A stretch of DNA of 63,579 bases, the filler included, from Octopus bimaculoides (lineage: Eukaryota): assembly GCF_001194135.2 (NCBI RefSeq). It is 5 parts of 4 records of this genome, joined end to end, with 100 filler letters (N's around TTAATTAATTAA, not from the genome) between each part and the next. Parts side by side here need not be neighbours in the genome. Positions count along the whole stretch, not along the records: positions 32,048 to 47,449 come from NC_069005.1; positions 47,550 to 55,605 come from NC_068991.1; 3 more parts are not named here. One strand, written 5' to 3'. The notes below the pieces were generated by a model. It did not search any database. It was not told the DNA's origin and saw only the letters and a program-made list of their open reading frames with translations. The translations under genes and the position numbers were made by a program. Shown piece after piece: positions 35,790 to 50,357 of the stretch. Positions within the stretch are counted from its first letter, which is position 1, and every line of letters begins with the position of its first letter.

Positions 35790-35903
35790 ATGTGCACCAC
35801 ACATGTATTAGCTTGACGCTCGGTGAAAAGAAAGGGTTTGACGTGTCAGGCTCAAAATATAACTAAGGTGTTGTAAGGTTAATTGAAAGACATTTTACAG
35901 TCA
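35790..35903. repeat. Unclassified interspersed repeat fragment (related pieces at 37046-37102 and, inverted, 39171-39194)
   Basis: ctcaaaatataactaag...ggttaattg.aagacattttacagtca is shared with 37046-37102; gtattagcttgacgctcgg is the inverse of ccgagcgtcaaactaatac. Confidence 0.55.
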
Positions 35904-36545
35904 GTAGGGTATGCTGTAATTCTCAGCTGAACGAGGCAAGTGAGAGTAAACACGTAAGCCATCGACAAACTACACCGTCTATGACAACGTATACGAAAAG
36001 AAAAAAAAAATCGATGGCTTACTCTTGGTCTATCAAATTTCTCTTGGAATCAAGATGTATAAAATACAAGACCAAATATTCCAATGACATTTTAAGTGAT
36101 ATGTGTGTCAACGGAAACTTATTTCCAGAGAAAGTGTGGTCTATGACTCCAACAAAATCAAATTTAATATAATCTTCCTAATTATTTTCTCGACCAGTGA
36201 GATTAATTATACTTTCTAGATTTAGCTTTCAATATTCAAGTGTCGAAGGAAGAGTCAGTCAGGCTGGAACCATGTGATTTAGCTACCGATGCTTTCTAAA
36301 ATAGAAATATAGAAATGAGTAGCATAACATTTAGTAACGGATCGACGGTCTGTTTCCCTATTAAGGTACATTATCGAAGTCAATCAGAAACTTTTGCTTC
36401 AAAAACTTTGATTTCTTGATATTTTCCATGTAAAAGTCAATCTGGTGGAGCTTCCAGCGTTCTTTACTTTTGAGAAAGTTCAGATGTTTTGGAAACAAAT
36501 TGATGCTTTGAGTTGTAAGCAGGAAACGAAACTGTATCAGAGAAT

Positions 36546-36935
36546 CTTTTTTTACATGTTTCAGTCATTTGGCTGTGGCCATGCTGGAGCACCACCTTTA
36601 GTCGAGCAAATCGACCCCAGGACTTATTCTTTGTAAGCCTAGTACTTATTATATCGGTTGCTTTTGCCGAACCGCTAAGTTACGGGGACGTAAATACACC
36701 AGCATCGGTTGTCAAGCGATGTTGGGGGGACAAACACAGACGCACACACATATAAATATATATGCATATATACGACGGGCTTCTTTCAGTTTCCGTCTAC
36801 CAAATCCACTCACAAGGCTTTGGTCGGCCCGAGGCTATAGTAGAAGACACTTGCCCAAGATGCCACGCAGTGGGACTGAATCTGGAACCATGTGGTTCGT
36901 GAGTAAGCTACTTACCACACAGCCACTCCTATGCC
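36546..36935 (-). mobile_element. Full-length SINE family B
   Basis: Complete head (ggcataggagtggctgtgtggtaagtagc), CORE-like segment, internal (TG/TA)n and 3' module ggtgctccagcatggccacagccaaatgactgaaac. Confidence 0.9.
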
Positions 36936-38658
36936 TATATCAATAAATATATGAATGTCAAGAAATATAGGAAAAGTACAAGAGAACCTAATTAAAATAA
37001 ACACAGAGAAAAGCGTATTCATCAAACAGACTCTGTACGATCACATCAGCTCAAAATATAACTAAGTTTCTGCTAGGTTAATTGGAAGACATTTTACAGT
37101 CAAGAACTGTTGTAGTTAATAGAACACACGTGCCGTCAATAATGGTAGCAGGTGTTTTACAAGCGAATGAAGCCAGTACGGACAGCCCTTGTCAAAGAAT
37201 TGAGAAACTGAATCGTATACAGGGAATCAATTTACACAATTTGAAAGGGTTGCGTGATATCTATGTGTGTGTGTGTGTATGTGTGTGAGTTGTCTTTTGT
37301 TTTCATTTTTGAATGTTATTTGTTACAGTCATTAGACTAAGGCCATATTGGGGCACGGCCTTGAAGACATTTTTCCGAACGAATTAAGCCCCGGACAACC
37401 GCAAACACCGACAGAAAGGCACACACACTCACACGTGTGCCACGCGTTTCCTTAATTTTTCGTCTTTCACATCCATTCACAAGGCTTTGAACACACACAC
37501 ACACACACACACACGCACATGTATATATGTACATGCAATACTCACAAATGCTAATTGTCGATGATAGAAGCGTAAACAATAACGAGGCTCTTTAACTATA
37601 TCCATCACGAAAACGAGGCTAACAGTAATGAAGAGCGAAATGACACCAGTCTTCATTTTGAATTATTTTCTTTTCTAAACTCTTCCAACCGCCAGTCTCT
37701 TACCACCAGCAACATTATCAATTTATCAGCCTTATCTCGACTAGCTTTGTATCGATCTTCATATACCTTTAAAGAAATGCTAATCTTTCTCGTGCATCAC
37801 TTGCTGCAATAAATTTTCCTGTTTTTATAATCATTTTTAAATGACGCCATATATTGCGTAGTTAATGTACTAGCAATTTCTCATTAAAATCTCCAGTAAT
37901 TTCCGGTTTATTAAACACAGCATTCGTGTTTTACGCCTTTACAATACATATCAGTCGGTTAGTTCTCCGATAGTCTTCTGGTGTTGTACACACACACACA
38001 CACACGCGCAGACATACACATGCACACACACACACGCACTCACACATGTTTGCACACTCACGTGTGTACTCGCGTGTTTGGATTCACACATACACACACA
38101 TGGATACACACACATGGATACACACACATATATGCACCTATAATTATTTGAGGAACGGCTCACGTTTGTACACACTTATACACATATAGCTTCGTATATA
38201 CTCGCATGCATACATACACACATATATATATATATATATATAAATAGACCCATACACATACAATATATATGTGCCTTATAATTATTTATGTAGATACCTA
38301 CGTTTGAATACTTCTAACTGATGATACAACGAACTGATATTTTGTATTACGAACGTACTATTCTCAAAACAATATCGTTAAGCGGAGCAGTTATCATATA
38401 TGAGATTTTACAAAAGTACGTAGGTATATATGTGTGTAGACACACACGCACACACATACACGCACATGTATGTATAAATATATGAGTGTGTCGAGGAATT
38501 ATGAATACAATTTACCTTCCAAATAAATGCAATTACATATTTTCTATAATAAACATCGCTCTGACAAAAGCTTCGGCACTTCGGGACAGGATTGCCCCTA
38601 ATTTAGTCAACATATTCAACAAAGAATGATTTATGTATTTCATAAATGGCATTTCAAC

Positions 38659-38695
<37 letters not shown>

Positions 38696-39129
38696 AAACA
38701 CACTCACGCACAAAATAATTATGATGATATATTCGGAACGCAAGCAAAAATAGGGAAATAACAGATAACACATAAAACTATAATATATCAATGTTAGCCT
38801 AATGAAATTACTTGTTATATTCCTGCTACGTCACTGAAATGAAGTCTAGCAGTAATGTCACCTCAAAACGAGTTTACAATATTGGAATTTCCGTGGAAAC
38901 GGTCGCTTCCGAAATCGATTGTTACTCATTTTAGATCAAGTCTGAAACTATTTTCGTTCTAATCAGTCTCTCAAACGTTAACATTTTTGACCACTCACGT
39001 GTTCGGGTTATAACATCAGAGTAAAGTGCCACCAATTTTGTTGTACCTATATATATATATATATATATATATATTCACATATTTATAGATCTGTATCTTT
39101 TCTCTCTCTGTTTATTTTCTCTTATTCCT

Positions 39130-39247
39130 TTCTGTTCAAGTGCGTAGGCTCGAAGTGTAAATGACTTTCATTTTGCCGAGCGTCAAACTAATACACTTGC
39201 TTGTTGTTCATACACCTGTCTTCCTCTTTTGTTTTTCCATAAATTTC

Positions 39248-39283
<36 letters not shown>

Positions 39284-39430
39284 ATATATTTTTGAACTTA
39301 TTTCTCTCAGCACCTCAAATGTAAGATCTCTTCCCTGAAGACGGAGACTCGCCTCATCTGACGATGTAATCAAGCTACAAACATTATTATGGACTGACGA
39401 GGCTCCAGAAACAGCTGTTTGCTGCATTTG
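39130..39430 (+). repeat. Unclassified repeat with a hammerhead-core-like motif (possible Penelope-like terminal repeat)
   Basis: CTGACGA-ggctcca-GAAA-cagctg-TT at 39394-39419; stems I and II do not pair well. Confidence 0.3.
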
Positions 39431-39743
39431 TATACATTTTAGTCAACATCTTTCATTCTTCATATCATTTCTATTCTGTGTAAATAAGAAATTTACGTAT
39501 GTAGACATACACATATTTATTTGTATTTCATGTATTTGATATACTTTGTATATTGACCTGCCTAACTTGCTTATCCTTACATTTAATTGTACTTAAGTTT
39601 AAACCTCTAGAGCGTTACTAAATGTATTCAATTCGCAGAATATTCTGTTTTCATCTATGGATTATATATATATATATNNNNNNNNNNNNNNNNNNNNNNN
39701 NNNNNNNNNNNNNNNNNNNNNNNNNNNNNNNNNNNNNNNNNNN

Positions 39744-39791
<48 letters not shown>

Positions 39792-40160
39792 ATATATAGA
39801 TGGAAATAGATAGATAGATATACATACCTATATACATATACATGACTCCTATTCAGAAACATATACCAGAATTTTAATTAATATGCATTATTTTTTTCAT
39901 ATTTGCTATCCAGTGCCATGCAATTCTCATTTGAGCACTTACTGCTCACACTTTTTTTTTGACTATGCAAATTCAAATTGCCCTGCAACAGAAATGCACT
40001 TTTGTATATATGCCTACTATGTCAAAGAATGAGTTAGGCTTGGAAAGCTGTTATGCTAGTGATTTCTGTTGTAACAAAATTGTTGTTAGTTGTTGGCTAT
40101 CAACCTTTAGTCTGACAGTTATGAGGTTTTCTGCAAATGTAAATGGTGTGCTGTTTGACG

Positions 40161-40427
40161 TGTCCGATAAATTCGCCGTAAGAAATTTCGCCTCGTAGTG
40201 AAAATCGCAGTATTGACAATGATAAAGTATATCATATCAGCAATTTTTAAAATGATAAAAAAAATAAAATGTTTTAAATAAACAATAAATAAAGGCTTAC
40301 CTATTTAAAGTAGGTAAATGTTTATTTAATGAAAAACATGAAAAAGAAAAAAAAAAATTGACGAGGTCATTAAAAATGAAATTTCTTTCGGTGAATTTTT
40401 CCTACGGCAAAATTATTTACGCCGACA
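40161..40427. mobile_element. Small MITE-like element with subterminal inverted repeats
   Basis: aaattcgccgtaagaaatttcgcc (40169-40192) is approximately inverse to ggtgaatttttcctacggcaaaatt (40390-40414); AT-rich interior; no TSD established. Confidence 0.5.
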
Positions 40428-40689
40428 TTTCTTATAGTTGTTTCCTTTTCTTTCTAACGTTTGACGTTGAATAATGACTTCTCTATCTAAAGTCTATCTA
40501 TAAAAAACCTTTTATCATTTTTGTCTTTTATTTAATAAATAAAAATGTTGATGTAGTAGACTTTACCATTGCCCATATAGTGAATTTGTCGTACATTGAT
40601 TTTCTCTACGTTAAAAGTATTTATCCCCACTTAAATGTGGATGTTGTTAGAACAAATTTTTATGCGATAGATTCTATCGTAGAAACCGT

Positions 40690-41110
40690 GATAAATCCCA
40701 ACCAACTCCAGCGCCGAGACTCCTGGATCACCTGATTTCGACCTGCCTTAGATACCATTAGTTTCTACCCATTCGAGACTGTACTGCAACGGTAATTCTG
40801 ACATTGATGTCGTTCTTCCCTCAAATTATCACCCAACTTATTAGCATGTAGTTGTTCACGAAAACATTTCCTCCCGTGACTGAAATATCTGCTATCACGT
40901 CACTTGGCCTCTCATTTTCTCTACACTCGACTCTGCTCCTAATCGACAGTATCTTGTGAAGCCTCTTCATCCAAGCATTCGACTAAAATGTTTCTGCTCC
41001 CACTCTCCATTCTTTCTTTATCAACCTTATCAACACTAACCATAACGTGCAATTCCTCCTTTACGAGATTCCAAACTCTGGAATACTCTTACTTTACACG
41101 ATTTTTCTTC
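40690..41110 (+). pseudogene. Possible CR1/L2-group LINE 3' remnant
   Basis: NSSFTR/SKLWNTL near 41050-41090 resembles the NSFF.R...LWN.LP terminal motif; otherwise unreadable. Confidence 0.3.
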
Positions 41111-43458
41111 AGTGTAAAACATCGATTGACAACAGTTCATGACGAACCTGCTAAGGCTGTGCTAAAGAAACCGAAAAAAATCTCCGGTCGCATATTATTC
41201 TCCCGGACGAAGATTTTAAACACAATTATTATATATCTGTCATCGTACATGAGAAAATAAAGAAACGGAAACAGGATGTTAAGGAAGATATTTAAGTGAA
41301 TGAACAATATAGATTGCCGGAAGTTACTTTTTACATCTATGTTTATATTTCATCAATGTTTGATGGGAAGTTTTTCATTTTGAGACCTAAACACAATGAC
41401 TTTATATTATAAGAATAGATATGTCTTTATTTATTTTGAATTGGTTCCAAATCAATTTTCTAAAGGTAGAGAAAATATTACAAATAGCGTAGTATTATAA
41501 TGATAAATATTTCATATATTCGTTTCCCTGCAATACATAGATAGATAGATACATAAATACATACACACACGCGCACATAATCTCTCTCTTTTCATNNNNN
41601 NNNNNNNNNNNNNNNNNNNNNNNNNNNNNNNNNNNNNNNNNNNNNNNNNNNNNNNNNNNNNNNNNNNNNNNNNNNNNNNNNNNNNNNNNNNNNNNNNNNN
41701 NNNNNNNNNNNNNNNNNNNNNNNNNNNNNNNNNNNNNNNNNNNNNNNNNNNNNNNNNNNNNNNNNNNNNNNNNNNNNNNNNNNNNNNNNNNNNNNNNNNN
41801 NNNNNNNNNNNNNNNNNNNNNNNNNNNNNNNNNNNNNNNNNNNNNNNNNNNNNNNNNNNNNNNNNNNNNNNNNNNNNNNNNNNNNNNNNNNNNNNNNNNN
41901 NNATATACATACATACATACACACATATATGCTATTACGTACATATATATCATATAAATATATATGTATATATATATATATATGCATGTATATAAATATA
42001 CATGCATATACATACATATACATAAATACATACATATGTATATTGTTGTGGAGGTGTATATGAAAATATGAACAATTAAACTTGCTGAGACTAGCACAAA
42101 GACCGTTCCTTTTTTAAATCGTGAAATTGCAACCGCAAGGTACCTCTGATAGTAGAAATAGCCTATAGAATCAAAATATGTAATAGTTTTACGTTACTCA
42201 TTTCAAACGTATAGGCTGTGATCTCTTTCTTTAGAGTAATTGATTGCAACAGCTAGAAGAATATGTATAGTAAGAAGACGAAGGCATTAAAACAGCAAGA
42301 CAAAATGGTGATACAAATGATACGCTTCGTATGACAAGGAACAGAAAGAACAAGAAAGAAAAACGGAAAGAACTGGAGCTTCATAGTTTTCAACGTTTGA
42401 AACAAAAGCTTTTATACAGAACAGTGATTGTAACACTCTGTAGTGCAACAACCGCAACAAGCAAGAATAAGAGCAGCTAAAACAACACCCATACATCCCC
42501 ACCCCCACCCACACAAAGAAAGGAATAAACTAGAAAATTAAAACAAGAACAGAAACGGCAAGAACAACACAAACAATGCTACAAGTAAGGAATCGTACCA
42601 ATAACAATAATTAAAGAAAATTAAAGAAAAAAATTAAGAGAAAAAGCAAGAACCTTGTAACCTTGATAATAATTACATCGGAATGACGGAGACAAGAGTA
42701 ACAATGAGATGAATGATAAGAATGTACACTGTACGCTGATAAAATAACATAATAGGAATACGTATTTTATTGTTTTCCTTATGTTGTATCGACTTTTAAT
42801 TAACTTTTCTTCATTTGTCTCGAGACTGTTTTTTTTCAGTGATTTCACAGTCATTTTTTATATGAAGCTATTCTCGTCAACAGATTTTTTGTCTCTTTCA
42901 TTTTTGTTCTCTTTTATGTTTTTGATTCTTTTCGTTCTTTGATTCTTTCTTCGTTCTTACCTTTTTACATCGCATTAATTTTCCCCTCGTATTTTCCTCC
43001 TAATTTCTAGTTGGTTCATGTATGTATGCATGCATGCATGACTGTATGTTTGTAAGTATGTATACGTGCGCATGCGTAAGAATGTATGCATGTAAACATG
43101 TATCGATGTTTTATGTATATACGCATAAGTGTATATATTGATGTGTGTATACGTGTGCACGCGCATAAATATATGTGTGCGTGTTGTTTACATCACAAGG
43201 ATTCGTAAACTTTCGAAAGAACGTGGAATAAATATTTTTGGAACAACACACAAAGCTCTCAATAATACCATGTAAACATTCGGGAGAAAAACTCTTTTGG
43301 ATAGACAAAGCGTTACGGTGACCTCGAAGGCATACTAGCCTATATAGTTTTATGAATTTCGAGATCCACTGTTCCAATATGTTTATCATATATACATGCA
43401 TGTAGGCATGTGTGTTGGCAAAGGAACAGCAATTAACTTCTTTAGGTTACAGCTGTTT

Positions 43459-43662
43459 CTAATATACGATGTTGTTGCTGCATGTAGGAGGCTTGCAGTT
43501 TGTACCCTCTGTTGTACCGTCCAACACTTGTCGGTGTGGAAAACTGACGTCACTGCCGCTGCTGCGCCTCAAGAGGATCTTGTGATGGTAATGATGGTGA
43601 TTGATGATGATCATCAGGATGAATACTATACACCCGGAAAAAGAGAGAATAAGTGAATTATT
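43459..43662 (-). other. Candidate minus-strand terminal exon (67 aa)
   Basis: Long pyrimidine tract ending tcttctag| (43663-43664); phase 0 is open to TAG: NNSLILSFSGCIVFILMIIINHHHYHHKILLRRSSGSDVSFPHRQ...; locally GC-richer. No homology recognised. Confidence 0.25.
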
Positions 43663-43947
43663 CTAGAAGACAGATGTTGAAAAAATAAAAGAGAAGCAGA
43701 GAAAAGAAAATGGTCTCTCTAGAAAAAAGGTTACATTATTTCATCTGTATTCTCTTTTCAGTAAGATGAGCGTACGCCCTGTCACATCTTCAACACCATC
43801 TTCACTCTCTGTCTGGCTCTGTCTCTCTCTTTCACTGCTATATCTCTATCAATCTATCTATCTATCTTTTTATCTAACAATCTGTCTGTCTGTCTGCTTG
43901 TATGTATGTATGTTTGTATGTTTGTATGTGCGCGCACGCATACATAA

Positions 43948-43985
<38 letters not shown>

Positions 43986-44504
43986 NNNNNNNNNNNNNNN
44001 NNNNNNNNNNNNNNNNNNNNNNNNNNNNNNNNNNNNNNNNNNNNNNNNNNNNNNNNNNNNNNNNNNNNNNNNNNNNNNNNNNNNNNNNNNNNNNNNNNNN
44101 NNNNNNNNNNNNNNNNNNNNNNNNNNNNNNNNNNNNNNNNNNNNNNNNNNNNNNNNNNNNNNNNNNNNNNNNNNNNNNNNNNNNNNNNNNNNNNNNNNNN
44201 NNNNNNNNNNNNNNNNNNNNNNNNNNNNNNNNNNNNNNNNNNNNNNNNNNNNNNNNNNNNNNNNNNNNNNNNNNNNNNNNNNNNNNNNNNNNNNNNNNNN
44301 NNNNNNNNNNNNNNNNNNNNNNNNNNNNNNNNNNNNNNNNNNNNNNNNNNNNNNNNNNNNNNNNNNNNNNNNNNNNNNNNNNNNNNNNNNNNNNNNNNNN
44401 NNNNNNNNNNNNNNNNNNNNNNNNNNNNNNNNNNNNNNNNNNNNNNNNNNNNNNNNNNNNNNNNNNNNNNNNNNNNNNNNNNNNNNNTATATATATATAT
44501 ACGC

Positions 44505-44539
<35 letters not shown>

Positions 44540-45261
44540 CACACGCACACATATATATATATATATATTGGTTATATTGTTTGATACTGTTCTCGCGGCT
44601 TAAAATTTAGCATGCCTCTTTCAAAAGCCGGTATCTTTTAAGACTTTAAAACGGCAATCCAATACCTGAAAGTGATGGGTTTCTCTTTGATGTCTGCAAA
44701 GCATTAATTCGCATGATACCTTATCAAACTGTTTTAAATTATACATATAACTCCTACTATCGTGTTGGCCATACTGTTACATCTATTACATGCAGCAGCT
44801 ACGAACGAATAGCATATCGCCCTTGCTTTGCTTACTTCTGAAGATATACGGTAGCAGATGAAATTTTTCACTTTACCCGCATGGCTGCAGTTTTCATTGG
44901 TATTACACTTCAAGAACTATAAGCATCGAAGTTTGTAAACTAGTAAGAGATGCTCGTCATTAAATTTAGCGATTGTATATCTTGAATAACAATCAGTGAC
45001 GTTGGTCGTTATCTTATCTATATATCGGAATATCCTGCATGAGACAGATCCATTTAGCGTTCAGACTGTAACTTTCGATGGATTCACTCATCAAAGTGAA
45101 ATCAGCTTCAATCGTTTACATATAAGATCAATCGGATACAAATATATACTATTTCGTCTAGCGATAACACTTGGCTTGTTATTCAACACTAGAAACTCAT
45201 AAACGACCAGATACATAGAATACATAAATAAATAATATATATATATATGTAGGTATATGTA

Positions 45262-45327
<66 letters not shown>

Positions 45328-46016
45328 TATATTTATATTATATGTATATGCATGTATATACATTAACATATATATACATACATATATATAAATGCATATA
45401 TATACACACACGCATATATATATATATAAATAAATATATATATTAATCAACACATTAAAAGTAATAAGTTTATGTCATTTAATCATGTTTGAGATTATTC
45501 TCTGTTCTTTCAACACACGGAGATAAGGTGAAAGACATCCAAGACCATATTGGTATATAACGGCAGAGATTTGCAAAGACATACTCAGCAATATGGTTCC
45601 ACTTATAGTGGCACTCACAGACGTGTTGCTTTATCTTCGTGACCACTGCAACAAAACAAAGTTTGAAAGACAGACGCAATCATTTTTCTCTTTCACTCAT
45701 TATTTCTGTTCTGTGTCCCGAATTTCTCCAATCGGATTTCCTATTTTCCGAAGTTCTAGCATAACTCCTATATGTTCCAAAAGTGAGAATCACACACGTG
45801 CGCTCGCGCATACTGATACTGGAAAAATTGTGATATTAAATATACAGTAATCCTTCATCACATCACGGTTTTCTACCACCGTACATCTATCGCGGTTCAC
45901 CTCCCGCGATTTACTATTTAAGCTTACGTAAATTCCTCCGTGGCGTTGTTTTGCATTTATAATAAAGCCTTGTGAGTGAATTTCATATATTGAAACTAAA
46001 AGAAGCCGGTCTCGAA

Positions 46017-46086
<70 letters not shown>

Positions 46087-46103
46087 ATCTACGCACACAC
46101 AGA

Positions 46104-46179
<76 letters not shown>

Positions 46180-46565
46180 TATGTGTGTGTGTGTATGCGT
46201 GTATGTGTGTATGTGTGTGTGTGTGTGTGTATGTGTGTAAAAATCGTGTGTATCCTTTTGTCTCTGTTTGTTCTTCACCGCTGCTCGTCACCCGGTGTTC
46301 GTTTGTTTGCGTGCTTGTGACCTAGCAGTTATCCTGCGTAACGGAACAATATAACAAATACCAAACTTGAAGATATAAGTGCTGTGGTTGAATCGTTCGG
46401 GTAATAATTCTTCAAGTCGATGATCCAGCTTGGCCGCAGACTGAAACATGACAAAAAAAAGTTATACCCACACATTCTCTCTCTAACACATACACACATA
46501 CACACACACATACATGTATATATATATACATACATGCATACAGACAAATAATCCATACGTGTGTG

Positions 46566-46604
<39 letters not shown>

Positions 46605-47414
46605 GCGCACTTAATTCCATGACTGCATACTCAAAAAGTGTTTGAATGCATAATTAAAATAATGGTAAATAATGGAATTTTGATTAACATTCAAGATTAC
46701 CCAATAGCAAAGCAGCGTATTTTCTGCCACATTTATTAAGACAATTAACAAGAGTGATCGCTGCTTTCATAAAATATACATTAGTCTTTGTGAATAGTTA
46801 ATTTAGAGGAATGCTATTGGAGCACTGTAAAGCTTGAAGCTAGCAAATAAAAGTACAAACGAAAAGTCTTTTTAGCACTCGCAGACTGAGTCGAGATATT
46901 TTGTATTACGAGGTTATGCTTATAGGTTACTGTGGAGTATGTATCTGCATGTATTCGTATGTATTCGTATGCATTCGTGTGTATTTTGTGCATGTGTGTG
47001 TGTGTCTGTGAAAGTGTGTGTCTTTGCGGGTTGTGTCATCGTGTAAATATTGGTACGTATATACGTATAAATTGTATTTTTGTTTCTGATCGTTTTTTTT
47101 TTATTACTATTTATTTCTCATATCGTTTTACGTGTTGACATGAAATTATATCCGCATTAATGCATTAACTCGTACGAAAACACCCGCCAAAACACACACA
47201 CACACACACATAAACACAAACACACACACACACACACACGCACACACCCACACACACACACGAACACACAGACACACATATAGTAACACAACCAACACCG
47301 TTTATACGTACACAATTATACATGATGATAGTCAAGAGCAATGACTAAATGCTTAATGTCTATGTACGCATGAATGTATATATGTACATATACATATCCA
47401 TTTATATATACACA

Positions 47415-47449
<35 letters not shown>

Positions 47450-50357
47450 NNNNNNNNNNNNNNNNNNNNNNNNNNNNNNNNNNNNNNNNNNNNTTAATTA
47501 ATTAANNNNNNNNNNNNNNNNNNNNNNNNNNNNNNNNNNNNNNNNNNNNATATATGTACATATATATATATACGCACATTTACACACACATATGTATATG
47601 TATTTTTGTATAAAGTGACAGACGCACATGAGCGAGATATATTAATAAAGGAACTGATATTTTTCTCTATTTCAATAAATTGCTTCTACGTACCAGAGAT
47701 GTACACCACGAAGGATTTTAACAACAGCTTTATAATAATTTCTGAAACTTAGATGTGACGACATTGGTAAACTCAACGTTTGTGAGTTTATTGCGGTGAC
47801 TACGATTGTGAGGCAGAAAATACACAAACAAATATCCACGCTTGAGACACACGTGTGTCTCAACAGCCATGGGTTAACGGTGTCATATTCTCTAAATGCC
47901 ACATTACCGAGTGTATGAAAGATCATCAATTTTCAACACAATTGTATGTCGGTTTTCCAATGTGATTATTGCTCATCTCTTTAAAAATGTGTATACCTTT
48001 TAAATTGAAGAGGAATGTAGTGTTGACTTGTCGTTTCGAGACTAAATAATCTCTCGCATGACATCGCTAGTGGGGTAGACATAATTTAGGTTCAGACAAC
48101 GAACCTTTGCAAGGAAAATAGAAATACTGCAAAAACCAAAAACACAAAATGGTGTAGGATCGCCTGTGGCAGAATGAGTTTTATTGGTAACAGCTGACAT
48201 ATTATGAAATTTGGAATAATGATGAAAATAATATATTATGAATTATAGAAGCTTAAACAAACAATTCGGTACAATTGATTATTAGATTCATTAAAATCAT
48301 TTAGAGTTTTATACAAAGATACAGCAATCACTATTTATATGAAAACATATCATTGAGAAATTAAATGAAATTACCAAATATGACAGCCATTTTATAGTAT
48401 AGGAATTACATCACTATTTAGCAGAGCAGATGAGAATATTTTGCTTCTTATTTTCGACACTTTCATAAACAATCTGGGTGATGATGACTAAAATTTCAAG
48501 AAAATAATCTGCTGTCATCATCAGTTGCTACTTGATGTATATGAAGTGTTCGGTATGTCTGTATGTTGGGGATGGGTATTTTTGTGTTCTGAATGGATAA
48601 TGGAAAAACATTGAAAGAAAAAATACCATGCGGTGATGCGTGGAGTAATTTTACTTGAAGTAATGGATGTAATACCATTTGCTTGTATGACTAATAAAAC
48701 TTTTGGCATTTCATTTTACTCTAAATTGCTTTTAATAAAAATGGATAATTAATTTCTTTGTTGTCTTTTTTATTTAACTGGTTTTATATGTTACAGTTAA
48801 ATTATTCCACGACATACGTTTAAAATATGTTTTGCTTCAAACACAGGATATTTAACACAATCATCTATAAGTAATAGCTTTCTAGACCGAAACAAATAAA
48901 CTTGCAAGTAAAACATTAGAGAATATTTGAAAATCACCAGATCTAATAATTATTCCTTTGTTTCTGCTTCCTAAATCTCATAAGTGTCAGTCAATGACAT
49001 AGGGGGAAATAGCATCATTAGACATAGAAATTGAAAGAAGGAGAGAAAGGGTAAGACAGAAAGAGAAAGGGAGGGAGGCAGAGGCTTTAAATGGCTGCTC
49101 GATGTGCAAGATATAACAGACATAGGTTCCTCAATTCACAGGTTTCCACCTTAAAAATAAAAGACATGTGACATAAAATAGATCAGGATATACAACAGAA
49201 GATATAGCAAAGAGAATAACTAGGGTTGTAATATTCTATAGCTGTGTTACATAAAAGACGAACCGGCTTAAACAACAAGAACAAAATATGGTATGTGCAG
49301 ATGATTGGGTTAACAGTACCACCTCCCTAAATACGTAAAACTTCATCGTAAGAACTGGTCTAAACAAACACAACTCTAAAAATAAGCCAGTTATCAACTG
49401 GCTTCAACTGCTATCAACAAGAATTTCTTAAGATATTAGCGTAATGGTGTAGTGAGAAAAATTAAGAGTGACGCATCACACTAATACAATATACTACGTT
49501 ATCGGAATAGCATTGTAAGAAAATATATCGCATGTGTGGCTAAAATATAATATCCAATCATAATGGGTGAATTTTAAGAAGCTATAATAGACACCGGTGT
49601 AAGATAACCCGAATAACTGTCGAAAGAAACGTTAACTGTAATTACAATAGAATCAGATAAATTGGTAACGTGATTTATACTTTAAAAAACGCCCGAAGAA
49701 AGATAAAACAATACACACTATTAGTGCTTAAGAAATTTACTAAGTCACACTGGTATTTTTCTCTCATAAAAGAAAGGAATATGAGAATATTTTTGTTCTT
49801 GACATTTTTGTAATTGGAGTTTTCAGGTTTTGCAGGTGATACATTTAAAGTGATTTATTTTTGTATTGTGTGTTAATGTTGGTGTTGGTTTCATCACTTT
49901 CATTGAACACAAACATGATCTCATTTTTCTTTCTAAATTTCGTTGATGTTGTTCTGGGCAGCTCACTTGTAATGAAGCCCTGCTGGAACAATAATAGCAA
50001 GTTCTCCAACCTAACGCTCAACATATTTTTTGTTGGGTAGCTAAAGTCTGTTTATTTTTAAGATGATAAAGTGTGGAGCGCGGAATAGTTGGCTCATATT
50101 TCTTCTGGGTCAAACGACCACTTAGTGGGTCACTCATTCATAATGCATTATTACTTTCATAAAAGAAGTTTCGTTCCTGTGGTTTAACTATCAAATCAGT
50201 GATACAAGTTATATGCTCTTTCCCAAATGTAAGTTACAAACAGTGAATAATGATATTCGTCGTGGTAATTATAGATTAGCTTGAATGCAGTTAATGAACA
50301 GATGATCAAAGGTCTAGTGATAGATAGCTGGTATTGATAGGAGGTAGAACAACTGTA

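Noticed and set aside
33679-44603. Many 130-270 aa ORFs containing X
   Set aside because: Their length comes from N gaps and (TA)n/(CA)n repeats.
10232-45533. Shared ggagataaggtgaa 14-mer near 10.2 kb and 45.5 kb
   Set aside because: Too short; flanks are unrelated.
45619-45645. 27-nt minus-strand micro-exon with good splice signals
   Set aside because: It does not join the 43662 candidate in its long open frame; no independent support.
38336-46911. Exact 17-bp match gatattttgtattacga at 38336 and 46895
   Set aside because: About one such match is expected by chance in 63 kb of AT-rich DNA; no extension on either side.
49880-50130. Minus-strand IPRSTLY motif suggesting a pogo/HTH-psq remnant
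   Set aside because: Single short motif, interrupted frames, no TIR or DDE segment found.
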